A stretch of 64,000 nucleotides of DNA from an uncultured beta proteobacterium (GCA_903894155.1 CAITPF010000475.1:7236-71235); one strand, 5' to 3'; numbered from the stretch's first letter, positions 39,568 to 51,284 are shown. A program made the numbers and translations. Notes: a model not told the origin generated them from the sequence alone.

Positions 39568-41094
39568 ATGAACATCGCACAACCCTTCCTGATCCGCGCC
39601 AGGCGCGACCCGGAACTCAGCGCACTGACGTCGGCAGGCAGAACCTTCACATTCGGGGAAATGGCGACCCGGGTCCATGGGCTGGCGGGTGGCCTGCGCG
39701 GCACGCTCGGCTTGCCTCGCGGCGCCCGGGTCCTGCTCTACATGGAAAACCGCAGTCAGTTCATCGAATCGTTTTTCGGAATCTGGACAGCCGGGTTGTG
39801 TGCGGTACCGGTCAATGCCAAGCTACACCCGCGCGAAGTCATGCCGATCGCGACCGACTCGGGCGCCGGCGTGATCATCACCAGCTCCACGCTGCTCGAA
39901 GGCCTGGTCCAGGAGCTCGCAACCCAGCCGATCAATCCGCGCGTCATCGTCAGCGACAGCGACGAGTATGAGCGGCTCACCACTGCGCCGCCGATCGCCT
40001 GCGAGGAGATGGAACCCGACGACCTGGCCTGGATCTTCTACACCAGCGGGACAACGGGTGTCCCGAAGGGCGCGATGCTGTCGCACCGCAACCTGATGAC
40101 GATGAGTCTGCAATACGGACCGGACATCGAGCAGGTCCTTCCCGGCCAGACCATGCTTCATGTGGCCCCGCTGTCGCACGGCGCCGGCCTCTATGCGCTG
40201 CCGCACCTGTTCGCTGGCGGCCACCAGGTGATCGAACCGTCGTTTTCGACAGACGTCGTATTCGAGGCACTGCAGCGCTATCCCCAGGTCTCGATGTTTG
40301 CCGCGCCGACCATGCTGTCGCGGATGATCCGGTCGGCACAGGGAATCGCCAACCCCGCCGGCAACCTGTCGACCTGCTTTTATGGCGGCGGCCCGATGTA
40401 CGTCAGCGACCTGATCGAAACGCTCGATCTGCTGGGGCCGCGGCTAGTGCAGATTTACGGACAGGGCGAAAGCCCGATGACCATCGCGAGCCTCTCCAAG
40501 CGCGATCACGAGGGCCCGCGCGATGCAGCACACCTGGCACGCCTGGGGTCGTGCGGCACTGCGCGCACTGGTGTCGAATTCCGCGTCGTCGACGAGGCGG
40601 GACGAGACGCACCCCTGGGCGAACTCGGCGAGATCATCACGCGAAGCGACACGCGCATGCTGGGATACTGGAACAACGAAAAGGCGACCGCCGCCGCGAT
40701 TCGCGACGGTTGGCTGTGGACAGGCGACATCGGCACCGTGGACGACCGTGGATTCCTCACCCTGCGCGACAGATCGAAAGACATGATCATCCGCGGTGGA
40801 ACCAACATCTACCCGCGCGAGATTGAGGAGGTGCTCCTGCGGCACCCCGCGTTGCTGGAAGTATCGGTCGTCGGCCGGGCGAATCCGGACCTGGGCGAGG
40901 AGCCCGTCGCCTTCGTCGTCGTCAAGGAGGGCATGACCGTCACGCCGGAAGACATGGACGCCATGTGCCTTGACAACATGGCGCGATTCAAGCGGCCGCG
41001 CGAGTATTTCTACAGCGACAATCTGCCGAAAAACAACTACGGCAAGATCCTCAAGACCGAACTGCGCAAGTTGCTGAAGAAGGAAGATGCGTGA
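39568..41094 (+). CDS. AMP-forming acyl-CoA synthetase
   Basis: FYTSGTTGVPKG, IYGQGE, TGD, DRSKDMIIRGG. Confidence 0.92.
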   Translation: MNIAQPFLIRARRDPELSALTSAGRTFTFGEMATRVHGLAGGLRGTLGLPRGARVLLYMENRSQFIESFFGIWTAGLCAVPVNAKLHPREVMPIATDSGAGVIITSSTLLEGLVQELATQPINPRVIVSDSDEYERLTTAPPIACEEMEPDDLAWIFYTSGTTGVPKGAMLSHRNLMTMSLQYGPDIEQVLPGQTMLHVAPLSHGAGLYALPHLFAGGHQVIEPSFSTDVVFEALQRYPQVSMFAAPTMLSRMIRSAQGIANPAGNLSTCFYGGGPMYVSDLIETLDLLGPRLVQIYGQGESPMTIASLSKRDHEGPRDAAHLARLGSCGTARTGVEFRVVDEAGRDAPLGELGEIITRSDTRMLGYWNNEKATAAAIRDGWLWTGDIGTVDDRGFLTLRDRSKDMIIRGGTNIYPREIEEVLLRHPALLEVSVVGRANPDLGEEPVAFVVVKEGMTVTPEDMDAMCLDNMARFKRPREYFYSDNLPKNNYGKILKTELRKLLKKEDA

Positions 41095-42254
41095 TGAGAG
41101 ACGTCTACGTGGCCGGCATCGGCTCGACGAGCTTTGGCAAGCATGTCGCTACGCCGATCGAGTCGCTGGCCGTCGAAGCGGCAGCGCGCGCGCTCGTCGA
41201 GTCGGGCATCGACCGGGCCGACATCGGAGCGCTCTATCTGGGCAACTTCATCAGCGGGCCGCTCAATGGCAAGGAAGTGCTCGCCGGCATCGTCGGCGAG
41301 CGCCTGGGCCTGCAGAACATTCCGTGCACAAAGGTCGAGGGCGCATGCGCCTCTGGCGGCATCGCGTTTCGGCACGCCTGGATCGCGGTGGCGAGCGGCA
41401 TGTGCAAGGCGGCGATCGTCGTCGGCGTTGAAAAAATGACGCACGCGTCCACGGCGGAAGTGACCTCGGCGCTGAACTGCGCCATGGACAACGAAAACGA
41501 CGGCCCCAGTGGCCTCACGTTTCCCGGGCTGTTCGGCCTGGCCTGGCGCGTTCACGCCAAAGCCTACGGCACCACGCGCGACGACGTCTCGGCAGTGGTC
41601 ATCAAGAACAAGGCGAACGGGCTGAAGAATCCGCTCGCACAAATGGGCTCGGTGCTGACGCACCAACAGATCCGGGACTCGGCAATGATCGCCGATCCCC
41701 TGCAAATGTTCGACTGTTGTCCCGCCAGCGACGGCGCCGCGGCGATCGTGCTGACCTCGGCGGATTTACTGGGCCCCAGCGACCATGCGCGGGTTCGGGT
41801 GCTTGCCAGCGTGCAGACCAGCGGATCACCGCGCATCGCCAATCACCCGGACCTTTGCTCCTTCGAGGCAACCGTCAGCGCAGCGCGCAAGGCGTATGAA
41901 CAATCGGGTCTCTCGCCCGCCGACATTGATCTGGTCGAACTACACGACTGCTTCTCGATTGCCGAGATCATCGACAGCGAGGATCTCGGTCTCGTGCCGC
42001 GCGGGCAAGGCGGCAAGTGGGCCGCCGAAGGCCGCACCCAGGTCGATGGAACCATTGCGATCAATCCGAGCGGCGGATTGCTCTCCAAGGGGCATCCTGT
42101 CGGCGCCACGGGTGTGGGCCAGATCTACGAAGCGGTGCGTCAGTTGCGCGGCGAGCATCCGAACCAGGTCGCCAACGCGCGCGTGGCGATGACGCACAAC
42201 CTGGGCGGCACCGGCGTCGCCTGCACCGTGACCATCCTGGGAAGAGACGCATGA
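41091..42254 (+). CDS. SCP2-type thiolase family protein
   Basis: EGACASG (active-site Cys present), ELHDCF, KGHPVGATG. Confidence 0.9.
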   Translation: MMRDVYVAGIGSTSFGKHVATPIESLAVEAAARALVESGIDRADIGALYLGNFISGPLNGKEVLAGIVGERLGLQNIPCTKVEGACASGGIAFRHAWIAVASGMCKAAIVVGVEKMTHASTAEVTSALNCAMDNENDGPSGLTFPGLFGLAWRVHAKAYGTTRDDVSAVVIKNKANGLKNPLAQMGSVLTHQQIRDSAMIADPLQMFDCCPASDGAAAIVLTSADLLGPSDHARVRVLASVQTSGSPRIANHPDLCSFEATVSAARKAYEQSGLSPADIDLVELHDCFSIAEIIDSEDLGLVPRGQGGKWAAEGRTQVDGTIAINPSGGLLSKGHPVGATGVGQIYEAVRQLRGEHPNQVANARVAMTHNLGGTGVACTVTILGRDA

Positions 42255-42595
42255 CTGTCGCCGAACCCATCGCTTTCCACCAATGCCTTTCCTGCGGGGC
42301 GATCGACGCGGCATGCATCGACACGTGCGCGAAATGCCTGGAAACCAACATGGCGCGCATCGAGGTCGCCGGCACCGGCACGCTGGCGAGCTGGACGACG
42401 ATCCGCAAGCCGCCACTTCGGTTCAAGGCGGACGGGGTGTATCACGTGGCCGTGGTCGATCTCGATTGCGGCATTCGCGTGACCGGCCGGCTTCTGCATG
42501 AAGAGGGCGACCTGATCGGCGAGCGCGTCATCGCGGTGCCCTGCGCGGCGGACAGCCACGCCTCCCCCACATTCCGTGTCTGGCGGGATGCCTGA
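42251..42595 (+). CDS. Zn-ribbon/OB-fold (DUF35) thiolase partner
   Basis: QCLSCG..CAKC, GTLASWTTI, VAVVDL; ATGA overlap with the thiolase stop. Confidence 0.85.
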   Translation: MTVAEPIAFHQCLSCGAIDAACIDTCAKCLETNMARIEVAGTGTLASWTTIRKPPLRFKADGVYHVAVVDLDCGIRVTGRLLHEEGDLIGERVIAVPCAADSHASPTFRVWRDA

Positions 42596-42712
42596 GCCGA
42601 TGCGATACACCGCCTGCCGCGCCACCATGCCGAATCCGATTCCGACCACCCCAAGGCGCGGCCCAACAGCGCCGAAAACCACCGATGCAAACATCGACCC
42701 AGGAGACTCCCG

Positions 42713-43852
42713 ATGAAGAAATCCATCGCTCGCACGCTGCTTAACGCCACGATCGCCGCGACATTTGCCACGTGCGCCGCCCCATCGCTTGCCCAGGTCA
42801 AGGTCGGGGTCATCGAGGGCCTGAGCGGCCCACCCGCGCTCATCGATTTCGGCGAATCCTACCTGCAAGGCATCAAGCTTGCACTCAAGGACTACGAGGC
42901 CGCGGGCGGCAAGACCAAAATCGAACTCGTGATCTACGACGACGAGGCCAATCCCCAGCGCGCCGTGTCGCTGACACAGCGCTTGTTGCAGAACGACAAG
43001 GTTCCCGTGGTCATTGGCACGGTTGCCAGCGGCAACGTCCTGGCCATGGCCCCGATCATGCAGAAGGCCGGGGTGCCGCTCGTGGCGGGCCCGAGCATCG
43101 CCACCAACATCACGGCGGATTTCATCAACGAAAAGCCGAGCTATATCTTCCGCTGCTCGATGGTCGAGAAATACCAGATTGAGAAAATGCTCGACTGGGG
43201 CGCCAAGAACTTCAAGCGCATCGGGCTTGTGCACTCGACCACTGGCTACGGAAGCTTCGCGGCCAAGGAAATCGAGGCTGGGCTGAAGGCGCGCGGTGTC
43301 GAACTGGTCGCCATCGAGGCCGCAGCACCCGGGGTCAACGACCTCACCCCGCAAATGGTCAAGATGCGCGATGCCAAGGCCGAGCTCGTGCTGAATTTTC
43401 ACGAGTCGTTCGAGTTGCCATTCCGTCCGCTGCCACGCCTGAACTATAAGCCGGTCATCGCCGGCAACTGGGGCCTTTCCTCCAAGATGGTGCTCGATAT
43501 CGTCGGCAAGGATGCGATCGAAGGCACTGTGATGGGCCAGGCGCTTGATCTCTCGACGCCGTCGGCCAGCGCCTTTGACGAGAAGGCAAGAAGGGAATAT
43601 GGCAAGGACTATCGCTGGCCCGTTGTCGCCGCGCTGGGCTATGACGCCGGGCAGATCGTCTTCAAGGCCGTCGACAAAGTCGGCAAATCGGATCCGGCCG
43701 CGATCCGCGAGGCCATCGAGAACATCGACGGGATCAAGGCGGTGTCCGCCACGCCGCCCAAGCCTTACAGCGCGTCCAACCACGAATGCCTGACCAAGGA
43801 CATCGTGTTCCTGGGCGTCTGGAAGAACGGGGTCGTCACGCGCCTGGAATAA
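42713..43852 (+). CDS. Branched-chain amino acid-type ABC substrate-binding protein
   Basis: VKVGVI..LSGP, DDEANP, GYDAG; RBS CAGGAG. Confidence 0.9.
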   Translation: MKKSIARTLLNATIAATFATCAAPSLAQVKVGVIEGLSGPPALIDFGESYLQGIKLALKDYEAAGGKTKIELVIYDDEANPQRAVSLTQRLLQNDKVPVVIGTVASGNVLAMAPIMQKAGVPLVAGPSIATNITADFINEKPSYIFRCSMVEKYQIEKMLDWGAKNFKRIGLVHSTTGYGSFAAKEIEAGLKARGVELVAIEAAAPGVNDLTPQMVKMRDAKAELVLNFHESFELPFRPLPRLNYKPVIAGNWGLSSKMVLDIVGKDAIEGTVMGQALDLSTPSASAFDEKARREYGKDYRWPVVAALGYDAGQIVFKAVDKVGKSDPAAIREAIENIDGIKAVSATPPKPYSASNHECLTKDIVFLGVWKNGVVTRLE

Positions 43853-43853
43853 G

Positions 43854-44753
43854 ATGCAACTCGGCAACCTCGTCCAGCTGCTGTCCGGAGGCCTCGCGAT
43901 GGGGGCCATCTATATCCTCATCGCGCTTGGCCTTTACATCACGCACCTGACCACCAACCGGGTCAATTTCGGGCAAGGCGATTTCCTCATGGTGGCCGCC
44001 TTCGCGCTGCTGCTGCTGCGCAAGCTCGATTTGCCGTTGTGGGCGGCCGTGGCGGGCACCCTGGCGCTGCTTGCGGTCATGGGCTGGCTGCTCGACCGCA
44101 TTGCGTTGCGCCCGCTCGACCGCAAAAAGGACTCGCCGATCGGCGCCTTCCCCTGGATCCTGACCACAGCCGGTATCGCACTGATCCTGCAAAACGTCAT
44201 CCAGCTTCGCTTTGGCAAGACATCGCAATACTCGCCGCCGCTGTTCGCCAGCCAGCGCGACCAGGTCGTCCAGGTGCTCGGCGCCGGGTTGTTCCTGGAA
44301 GAGATCCTGGTGATCGTCGCGGCCGTGCTGATCGTGGCGCTCTTTTACGCGTTCATGTTCCACTCACGCTGGGGCAAGAGCATCCAGGCGGTTGCCTTCA
44401 ACCCCGAAGCTGCCATGCTGCTCGGCATCAACACGAACCTGGTCAAGGTCGGCGTGTTCGTCATCGCGTCGGTGCTCGCCGCCGTGGGGGGCATTCTCAT
44501 CGGACCTCTGGTCACGATCAACCCCAACATGGGGCTCATCCTCACCATCAAGGGGCTCGTGGTCGCCGCGATCGGCGGCTTTTCCAACCCGCTGGGCATC
44601 CTGATCGGGGGCGTGCTGTTCGGCGTTTTCGAATCCGCGTCCAACTATGTCGACTCGGAATTCGGCGATCTCTATCCCCTGCTCGGCGCGCTCATCATCA
44701 TCGCGGTCAAGCCCTCCGGATTGTTCGGGGAGGCGCGTTCGCATGTCCGCTAA
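43854..44753 (+). CDS. livH: Branched-chain amino acid ABC permease
   Basis: GAIYILIALG, VNFGQG, AAIGG. Confidence 0.85.
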   Translation: MQLGNLVQLLSGGLAMGAIYILIALGLYITHLTTNRVNFGQGDFLMVAAFALLLLRKLDLPLWAAVAGTLALLAVMGWLLDRIALRPLDRKKDSPIGAFPWILTTAGIALILQNVIQLRFGKTSQYSPPLFASQRDQVVQVLGAGLFLEEILVIVAAVLIVALFYAFMFHSRWGKSIQAVAFNPEAAMLLGINTNLVKVGVFVIASVLAAVGGILIGPLVTINPNMGLILTIKGLVVAAIGGFSNPLGILIGGVLFGVFESASNYVDSEFGDLYPLLGALIIIAVKPSGLFGEARSHVR

Positions 44754-46556
44754 GCCCATGTCGAGCCGTGTCAGCCTGCCCCGCCTGCCGTACGCCGTGG
44801 CACTCGCGCTGTTCGCTGCCCTGCCCTGGCTGCCGGTCAATGGCTTTTACCTGTTTCTCGCGCAAACCTATTTCTACACCTGCATCGCCGTCATTGGATT
44901 GAATCTGCTGCTCGGCCTGTCAGGCCAGATGTCGCTCGGCCAGGGCGGCTTTTACGCCCTTGGCGCCTACGGGTCGGCGCTCGCGGCTCTCAAGCTGGGT
45001 TGGCCAGTGCCGCTCGCGATCCTCGCCGGCACGCTGGTCGCCGCGATCTCAGGCGGCATCGTCGGTGTGTTCGCCCTTCGCACGCGCGGTCTCTACCTGG
45101 CCATGACCACGCTCGCCGTGGGCTACATCATCAACATCCTCGCGCAGCGCTGGGTCAGCGTGACAGGCGGCGCGATGGGGATGACCAATGTGCCGCAGAT
45201 GGACTTCGGGTTCCCCAAAATGGAACCCGTCGTGTTCTTTTATTTCACCGGCATTGCATTGTTCCTCGTCCAGCTTGTGTCGGACTTCATCGTCCAGAGC
45301 CGCCTGGGGCGCAACCTGCGTGCGATCCGGGAATCGGAAGTGTTCGCCGCGTCCGTAGGCGTCGAGGTCAGCCGCTGGAAGGCCGGCATTTTCGCCTACG
45401 CCGCGGCGCTGGCGGGGCTCGCCGGGGCCTGCTTCGCGCACCAGTCTGCCTACGTGGGCAGTGACGCTTTTTCGGTCAGCCTGAGCGTCGCGTTCCTGAT
45501 CGCCGCCGTGGTCGGAGGCCTGGGCACCCGCAGCGGGCCGCTGCTGGGAACCGCAATCCTGATGGGGATTGTCGAGATCATCGCCGGGATCGACAAGTAT
45601 GGTCTGCTGATCTATGGCGGGGTGCTGCTCGTGGTGCTGCTGGCGTTTCCCAAGGGCGCGGCGGGCATCCTCGCCGCGCTGGTCGCACGCCTGACCCGCG
45701 GCACGCACGGTGTGGCCGGCACGGCTGACGCGACGGCCCCGTTGCCTTACGTGCTCGGTCCGGCAGACACTTGCGCACTGACCCAAATACACGCGTCGCG
45801 GACATCGCTTACGATCAACGGCATCAGCAAGAGCTATTTCGGACTGAAGGCAGTCGACCGGGTCTCGGTCGACGTGCGGCCCGGCACCGTGCACGGGCTC
45901 ATCGGCCCCAACGGCGCTGGCAAGTCGACCATCATCAACATGGTCGCCGGCGTCTTCGCGGCCGACGAGGGGACGATCTTCCTCGGCCCGCAGGATATCT
46001 CCTCGATGGGCATCGCCGCGCGGGCCCGGCTCGGGCTTGCGCGCACCTTCCAGAACCTCCAGTTGATCGAGGGCGTGACCGTTGTCGACAACGTGATGCT
46101 GGGCATTGCGCGCCAAGGCTCCACCTTCGCCGATTTCAGGTGCTGGATCACCGGCGGCGCGCTCGAGGGGGCTGAACGACGGGAAGCGCTGGCCATCCTT
46201 GATTTTCTTGGCATTGGCCGCCTGGCGGACCGACTCCCCGGAGAGCTTCCCTACGGCCACCGCAAACTGCTCGAGCTGGCCCGCGCGATTGCGCAGCGAC
46301 CGCACGTACTGTTGCTGGACGAGCCGATTGCCGGCATCAACAGCCAGGAAGCGCTCGAGATTGCACAGGTGATCGGCAAGTTGCGCGGGCTGGGCATGAC
46401 GATCCTGCTTGTGGAGCACAACATGGAGTTTGTCATGTCGGTCTGCGACGAGATCAGCGTGCTCAATTTCGGCAAGCTCATTGCACGGGGCACGCCCGGC
46501 GAAATCCAGCGCAATCCGGATGTCATCGAGGCGTACCTCGGCAGCGGGGCAAAAGC

Positions 46557-46560
<4 letters not shown>
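44743..46560 (+). CDS. Fused LivM permease-LivG ATPase
   Basis: GLNLLLGLSGQMSLGQ in the N-half; GPNGAGKST, ARTFQ, LLLDEP, VIEAYLG in the C-half. Confidence 0.9.
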
Positions 46561-47258
<698 letters not shown>

Positions 47259-47261
<3 letters not shown>

Positions 47262-47307
47262 CCGGGTGCGCGGCAAGCCCTGCCGTTCAGGGCGCGGACG
47301 ATGTCGA
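47259..47307 (+). mobile_element. 49-nt element copy on the livF stop, overlapping the thioesterase 3' end
   Basis: TGAC CGGGTGCGCGG CAAG CCCTGCCGTTCAGGGCGCGGACGATGTCGA. Confidence 0.78.
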
Positions 47308-47742
47308 GGGGCGATAGATCAGTGATGCCGCACGCTGCATGGCGGGCGGGATCGGAATCTTCTGGCCGGTCACGCGGTCGACATAGACCTGGACAAAGTA
47401 TCCCTGCGCGCAGGCAGTGTCCTCGGCGTTTCGGAAAATCCCGATCTCCCAGCGCACGCTGCTGTGCCCCAGGTGCACGATGCGCAGGCCCACGCTGATC
47501 GTGTCGGGGAACGCCAGCTCCCGGATGAACCGGCATTGCGTCTCGGCCACCAGGCCGACGATGCGCTTTTCCACCAGGTCGACCACGCCCTCCCCGATCA
47601 GGAATGTGTTTACCGCCGTATCGAAGTACGAGTAATAGACGACGTTGTTGACATGGCCGTAGAGATCATTGTCCTTCCAGCGCGTCGTGATTTCTTCAAA
47701 GTGTGGAAACGCGCTGCGACGTTCTGCCGGTGCCCTGGACAT
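47287..47742 (-). CDS. 4HBT/YbgC-family acyl-CoA thioesterase
   Basis: TRWKDNDLYGHVNNVVYYSYFD. Confidence 0.9.
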   Translation of the reverse strand: MSRAPAERRSAFPHFEEITTRWKDNDLYGHVNNVVYYSYFDTAVNTFLIGEGVVDLVEKRIVGLVAETQCRFIRELAFPDTISVGLRIVHLGHSSVRWEIGIFRNAEDTACAQGYFVQVYVDRVTGQKIPIPPAMQRAASLIYRPSTSSAP

Positions 47743-47752
47743 TGTTGCTCCG

Positions 47753-48751
47753 TTATTGCTCGATGACCAAGCCCGAGGTCTGGACGACATTGCGCCAGCG
47801 CGCCAGATCGGTCTTGATTTGCTCGGCGTACTGAACGGGGGTGGTGCCCTCGGGCGTCAGCCCGTTGCGGGAGAACAGTTCGACGATATCCGGCGAACGA
47901 ATGATTTCTGCCACCTGTTTCTGCAGCATGTCGACAATATCGTCCGGCGTTTTTGCCGGCGCCATCAGGCCATACCAGGAGTTGACCTCAAAGCCCGGAT
48001 AGGCCTCAGAGATCGTCGGCAGATCCGGCAGCAGCGGCGAACGCTTGAGTGTGGTGACCCCGATGGCGCGCAACTGGCCCGACTTGACGTAGCTGATGGC
48101 ACCCGCGATGTTCAGAAACGACATATCGATGGAACCGCCGAGCATGTCGTTGACGACCGGCGCCGCGCCCTTGTAAGGGACGTGCAGCAGCTTGATATTG
48201 GCCATGGTCGACAGGATTTCCCCCGCCAGATGGGTGGTGCTTCCCTGCCCGACCGAGCCGTAGGAAAGCTTGCCCGGGTTCGCGCGGGCGTAGTCCACGA
48301 GTTCCTTGAGATTGTGAATGGGCAGGCTCGGGCGCACCAGCAAGACCGTGGGTGCCGACACGATTTGCGTGATCGGCTTGAAATCCCTGACCGAATCGTA
48401 GGGCATGTCTTTTTGCACCGCCGGGCTGATGGTGATGGGCCCGACATGCGAAAACAGCAGCGTGTAGCCATCGGGCGCAGCCCGTGCGACGAAGGCGCAG
48501 CCGATCACGCCGTTGGCGCCCGACTTGTTTTCCATGATGATGGGTTGGCCAAGACGCTCGGAGAGCTTCTGCAGCACAGGTCGCGCCACCGTGTCGGCCG
48601 GGCCTCCCGAGGTCCACGGATTGATCACGGTGATCGGCTTGTCGGGATATCCCGCCGCAAGCGTCGCGCCCGCGGCAAGCAGGCCGCCCAGCGCGACAAG
48701 CGCGCCCAGCGCTCGGGTCAACGGGGTTCTGGTTCTCGTCACACAGGTCAT
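47753..48751 (-). CDS. Bug/TctC substrate-binding protein
   Basis: YPDKPITVINPWTSGGPAD, PDGYTLL, HVPYKG. Confidence 0.93.
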   Translation of the reverse strand: MTCVTRTRTPLTRALGALVALGGLLAAGATLAAGYPDKPITVINPWTSGGPADTVARPVLQKLSERLGQPIIMENKSGANGVIGCAFVARAAPDGYTLLFSHVGPITISPAVQKDMPYDSVRDFKPITQIVSAPTVLLVRPSLPIHNLKELVDYARANPGKLSYGSVGQGSTTHLAGEILSTMANIKLLHVPYKGAAPVVNDMLGGSIDMSFLNIAGAISYVKSGQLRAIGVTTLKRSPLLPDLPTISEAYPGFEVNSWYGLMAPAKTPDDIVDMLQKQVAEIIRSPDIVELFSRNGLTPEGTTPVQYAEQIKTDLARWRNVVQTSGLVIEQ

Positions 48752-48805
48752 CGCGCAACTCCATGCCCGGTTCGCGGGCAAGCATCGGATTGAGGAGAAA
48801 TCGGT

Positions 48806-49195
48806 CTAGACATCGGGCTCGAACAGGGGTTCGGGGCTTGCGGCATCCCACCGCACCCGCAACCGCATGCCAGTGCGTACATCATCGGGCGCGACGTTCA
48901 CGAGCCGGGTCATGAGGTGCGGCCCTTCTGCCGTCGCAACGATCGCGACAATGTAGGGAACATCCTTTTTGAACCGCTCGCTGGGCGCGCGGTAAACGAC
49001 CGAATGACTGTAGAGCGTGCCCCGCCCGCTCACCGGTCGAGAGGCGATTGACGTTGCGCCGCAATGCGGGCAGGCTGGCCGGGGATAAAAATGGAATTTC
49101 CCGCACGCCTCGCAACAGGGAAGGGCAAAACCCAGCGGTCGGATTGCTTCCCAGTATGCGTTGGGCTGCATGGGTGTCGGTGTCGTGTCGCTCAT
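48806..49195 (-). CDS. Zn-ribbon/OB-fold (DUF35) protein
   Basis: CEACG..YPRPACPHCG, GRGTLYS, PY.VAIV..AEGP. Confidence 0.88.
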   Translation of the reverse strand: MSDTTPTPMQPNAYWEAIRPLGFALPCCEACGKFHFYPRPACPHCGATSIASRPVSGRGTLYSHSVVYRAPSERFKKDVPYIVAIVATAEGPHLMTRLVNVAPDDVRTGMRLRVRWDAASPEPLFEPDV

Positions 49196-49198
49196 CTG

Positions 49199-50377
49199 TT
49201 AGACCCTCGCCAGGATCGCAGTGCTGTGCAACCCGATGATGCCGCCGTTTCCATGCACCAGCGCAACCTCCGCATCCCGGACTTGACGCTCGCCGCACTC
49301 GTGACGCAACTGGCGCACCGCCTCGATCACATGGAACATTCCGCCCGCCAGTCCCGGATGGCCTGCGGACAGCAGGCCGCCATGGGTCGTGACAGGCAGC
49401 TTGCTCGAGAGCGAAATACCCTGCTGCTCGACATACGGTCCGCCCTCGCCTTTGGCGCAGAAGCCCAGGTCCTCCAGCTCGACGATCACGGTAATCGTGA
49501 AGCAGTCGTACAGCTGCGCCACGTCGATGTCGCCGGGGCGCAAGCCAGCCATCCCGAACGCGACCCGCCCGGACTGCACCGCGCCGGTGGTCGTGACATT
49601 CTGATAATCGCCGATATAGGTGTGCGAGTGCCCGTACCCTTGCCCAAGGAGCCTGACGCCGCGCGACCTGAGATCGCGTGCGCGTTCGGGGCTGGTCACC
49701 ACGATGGCCGCCGCGCCATCGGACACCAGCGCGCAATCCAGAAGGCGCAGGGGCGAGGTGATCATCCTTGAATTCATGACCTCGGCGATCGTCAGCGGCT
49801 CGCGCTTTTGCGCGATCGGATTGAGCCCGGCATGCTCGCGCATCGTCACGGCGACCTGCGCCAGTTGCTCGGGCGTCGTTCCGTACTCGTGCATGTGGCG
49901 CTGGGCCACCAGCGCGTACAGCGTCGGGATCAGGGGCCCGAACGGCGCCTCGAGGTCGGGATGCGCCCAGCCGGCGTCGGCCATCTTCTGCACGGCCGAC
50001 CCGCGGGAACTGAAGGACAGCAGGTTCTGGCCCGCCACGCACAGCACGGTCTGGCACTGGCCCGTTGCAACCGCCATCGCCGCATGGTGAATCATCCCCA
50101 CACCGGAGGCGCCGGCGACGTCCAGTGTCGCCAGGTAGCCAGGATGGATACCGAGCGCTTCTGCCACCCTGCCGCAGGGCATCGCCCAGTTTTCGACCCG
50201 GATCGGCGTGGTGAGCAAGCCATCCACATCAGCCAGCGTGAGGCCGGCGTCATCGAGCGCGGCCAGCGCAGCCGCACGCTGCAATCCAAGCGCATCCAGA
50301 TGCTCGACGCGACCGACCGGGCTCTCGCCAACGCCGCTGATGACGGCGGCAGGCGGGGCAAGGGTGGCGCCCTTCAC
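49199..50377 (-). CDS. Thiolase-like protein lacking the N-terminal catalytic Cys (aldolase-like)
   Basis: DVAGASG in place of CxSG; LYDCF, THGGLLSAGHPG. Confidence 0.85.
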   Translation of the reverse strand: MKGATLAPPAAVISGVGESPVGRVEHLDALGLQRAAALAALDDAGLTLADVDGLLTTPIRVENWAMPCGRVAEALGIHPGYLATLDVAGASGVGMIHHAAMAVATGQCQTVLCVAGQNLLSFSSRGSAVQKMADAGWAHPDLEAPFGPLIPTLYALVAQRHMHEYGTTPEQLAQVAVTMREHAGLNPIAQKREPLTIAEVMNSRMITSPLRLLDCALVSDGAAAIVVTSPERARDLRSRGVRLLGQGYGHSHTYIGDYQNVTTTGAVQSGRVAFGMAGLRPGDIDVAQLYDCFTITVIVELEDLGFCAKGEGGPYVEQQGISLSSKLPVTTHGGLLSAGHPGLAGGMFHVIEAVRQLRHECGERQVRDAEVALVHGNGGIIGLHSTAILARV

Positions 50378-50568
50378 GACAAGACCTCGCGCGCGATCAG
50401 CATGCGCATGCCAGGGGATCCCTGCGACCGCATCGAGTCCCAGGCACGCCCGGGTACCTCCCCGGTTCGGTCGATTTCCTGCGCGATGGGTTCGAGCTGC
50501 TCATCGACGAATCGGCGCACCGAAGCCCGGATTTCGGCCAGCTCAGGGGTCATCTCGATCGCAAACAT
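50374..50568 (-). pseudogene. Acyl-CoA dehydrogenase remnant (N-terminus fused to C-terminus)
   Basis: ...IRASVRRFVDEQLEPIAQEIDRTGEVP...QG..GMR is joined directly to MLIAREVLS. Confidence 0.75.
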
Positions 50569-51284
50569 CAGTGCGCTCCCTTCGGGCGGTGTTCATCGGC
50601 GGCGGTCGCGGCGAGCGCCGCGCGCGCAAGTGCTGCGATGCACTGGTCGTTGCGCCACCGCTTGTTCTGCGCGTAGGCATGCGCACCGACCTCGGTCAAT
50701 TCAAGTGCGGTCTGGTCGCACAGCGTGGCGAGATCCTGCGCAGGACACACCGCGTCGATGACCCCGGCGGCGTGCGCATCACCCGCAGACAAGCGCTGCG
50801 CACGCTGGATCAGCCGTTGCACCTGGCCCTGCGCGCCACGATGCTCGAGCATCACGATGCCGACCGGCGATGGCATATCGTGCTGCGACTCCGGAAAGCT
50901 CAGCCAGGTCGCACCATTCATCACGATCTCGTCACAGGCAAGCGCAAGCATGGCACCCGCCCCCACTGCGGGCGCCTGCACAGACGCCACGAGCGGTTTG
51001 GCGAAGCGCAACAGCGCATAAAGCGTCTCCATCAGCACCTCGCGTCGACGCAACGCCGCCTGCGCCCAGGGCAACTCCGCGTATTCGCGCAGGTCGGCAC
51101 CGGCCGAGAACGCCTTCGTGCCGGCGGCCGCAAGCACCGCAGCCTTCACGAACGGATCGGCCTGGCCACGCGCCAGAGCATCCTGGAGCTCCAGCTGAAG
51201 CGCCTCGTTCAGCGCGTTGGCCGCCTCAGGCCGCGCAATCGTGAGCGTCAGCACGCCGTCATTCAGAGAACTTTCGATTTTCAT
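50568..51284 (-). CDS. Enoyl-CoA hydratase/isomerase
   Basis: ARPEAANAL, FSAGADL, KPLVASV..AVGAG, FPE. Confidence 0.88.
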   Translation of the reverse strand: MKIESSLNDGVLTLTIARPEAANALNEALQLELQDALARGQADPFVKAAVLAAAGTKAFSAGADLREYAELPWAQAALRRREVLMETLYALLRFAKPLVASVQAPAVGAGAMLALACDEIVMNGATWLSFPESQHDMPSPVGIVMLEHRGAQGQVQRLIQRAQRLSAGDAHAAGVIDAVCPAQDLATLCDQTALELTEVGAHAYAQNKRWRNDQCIAALARAALAATAADEHRPKGAH

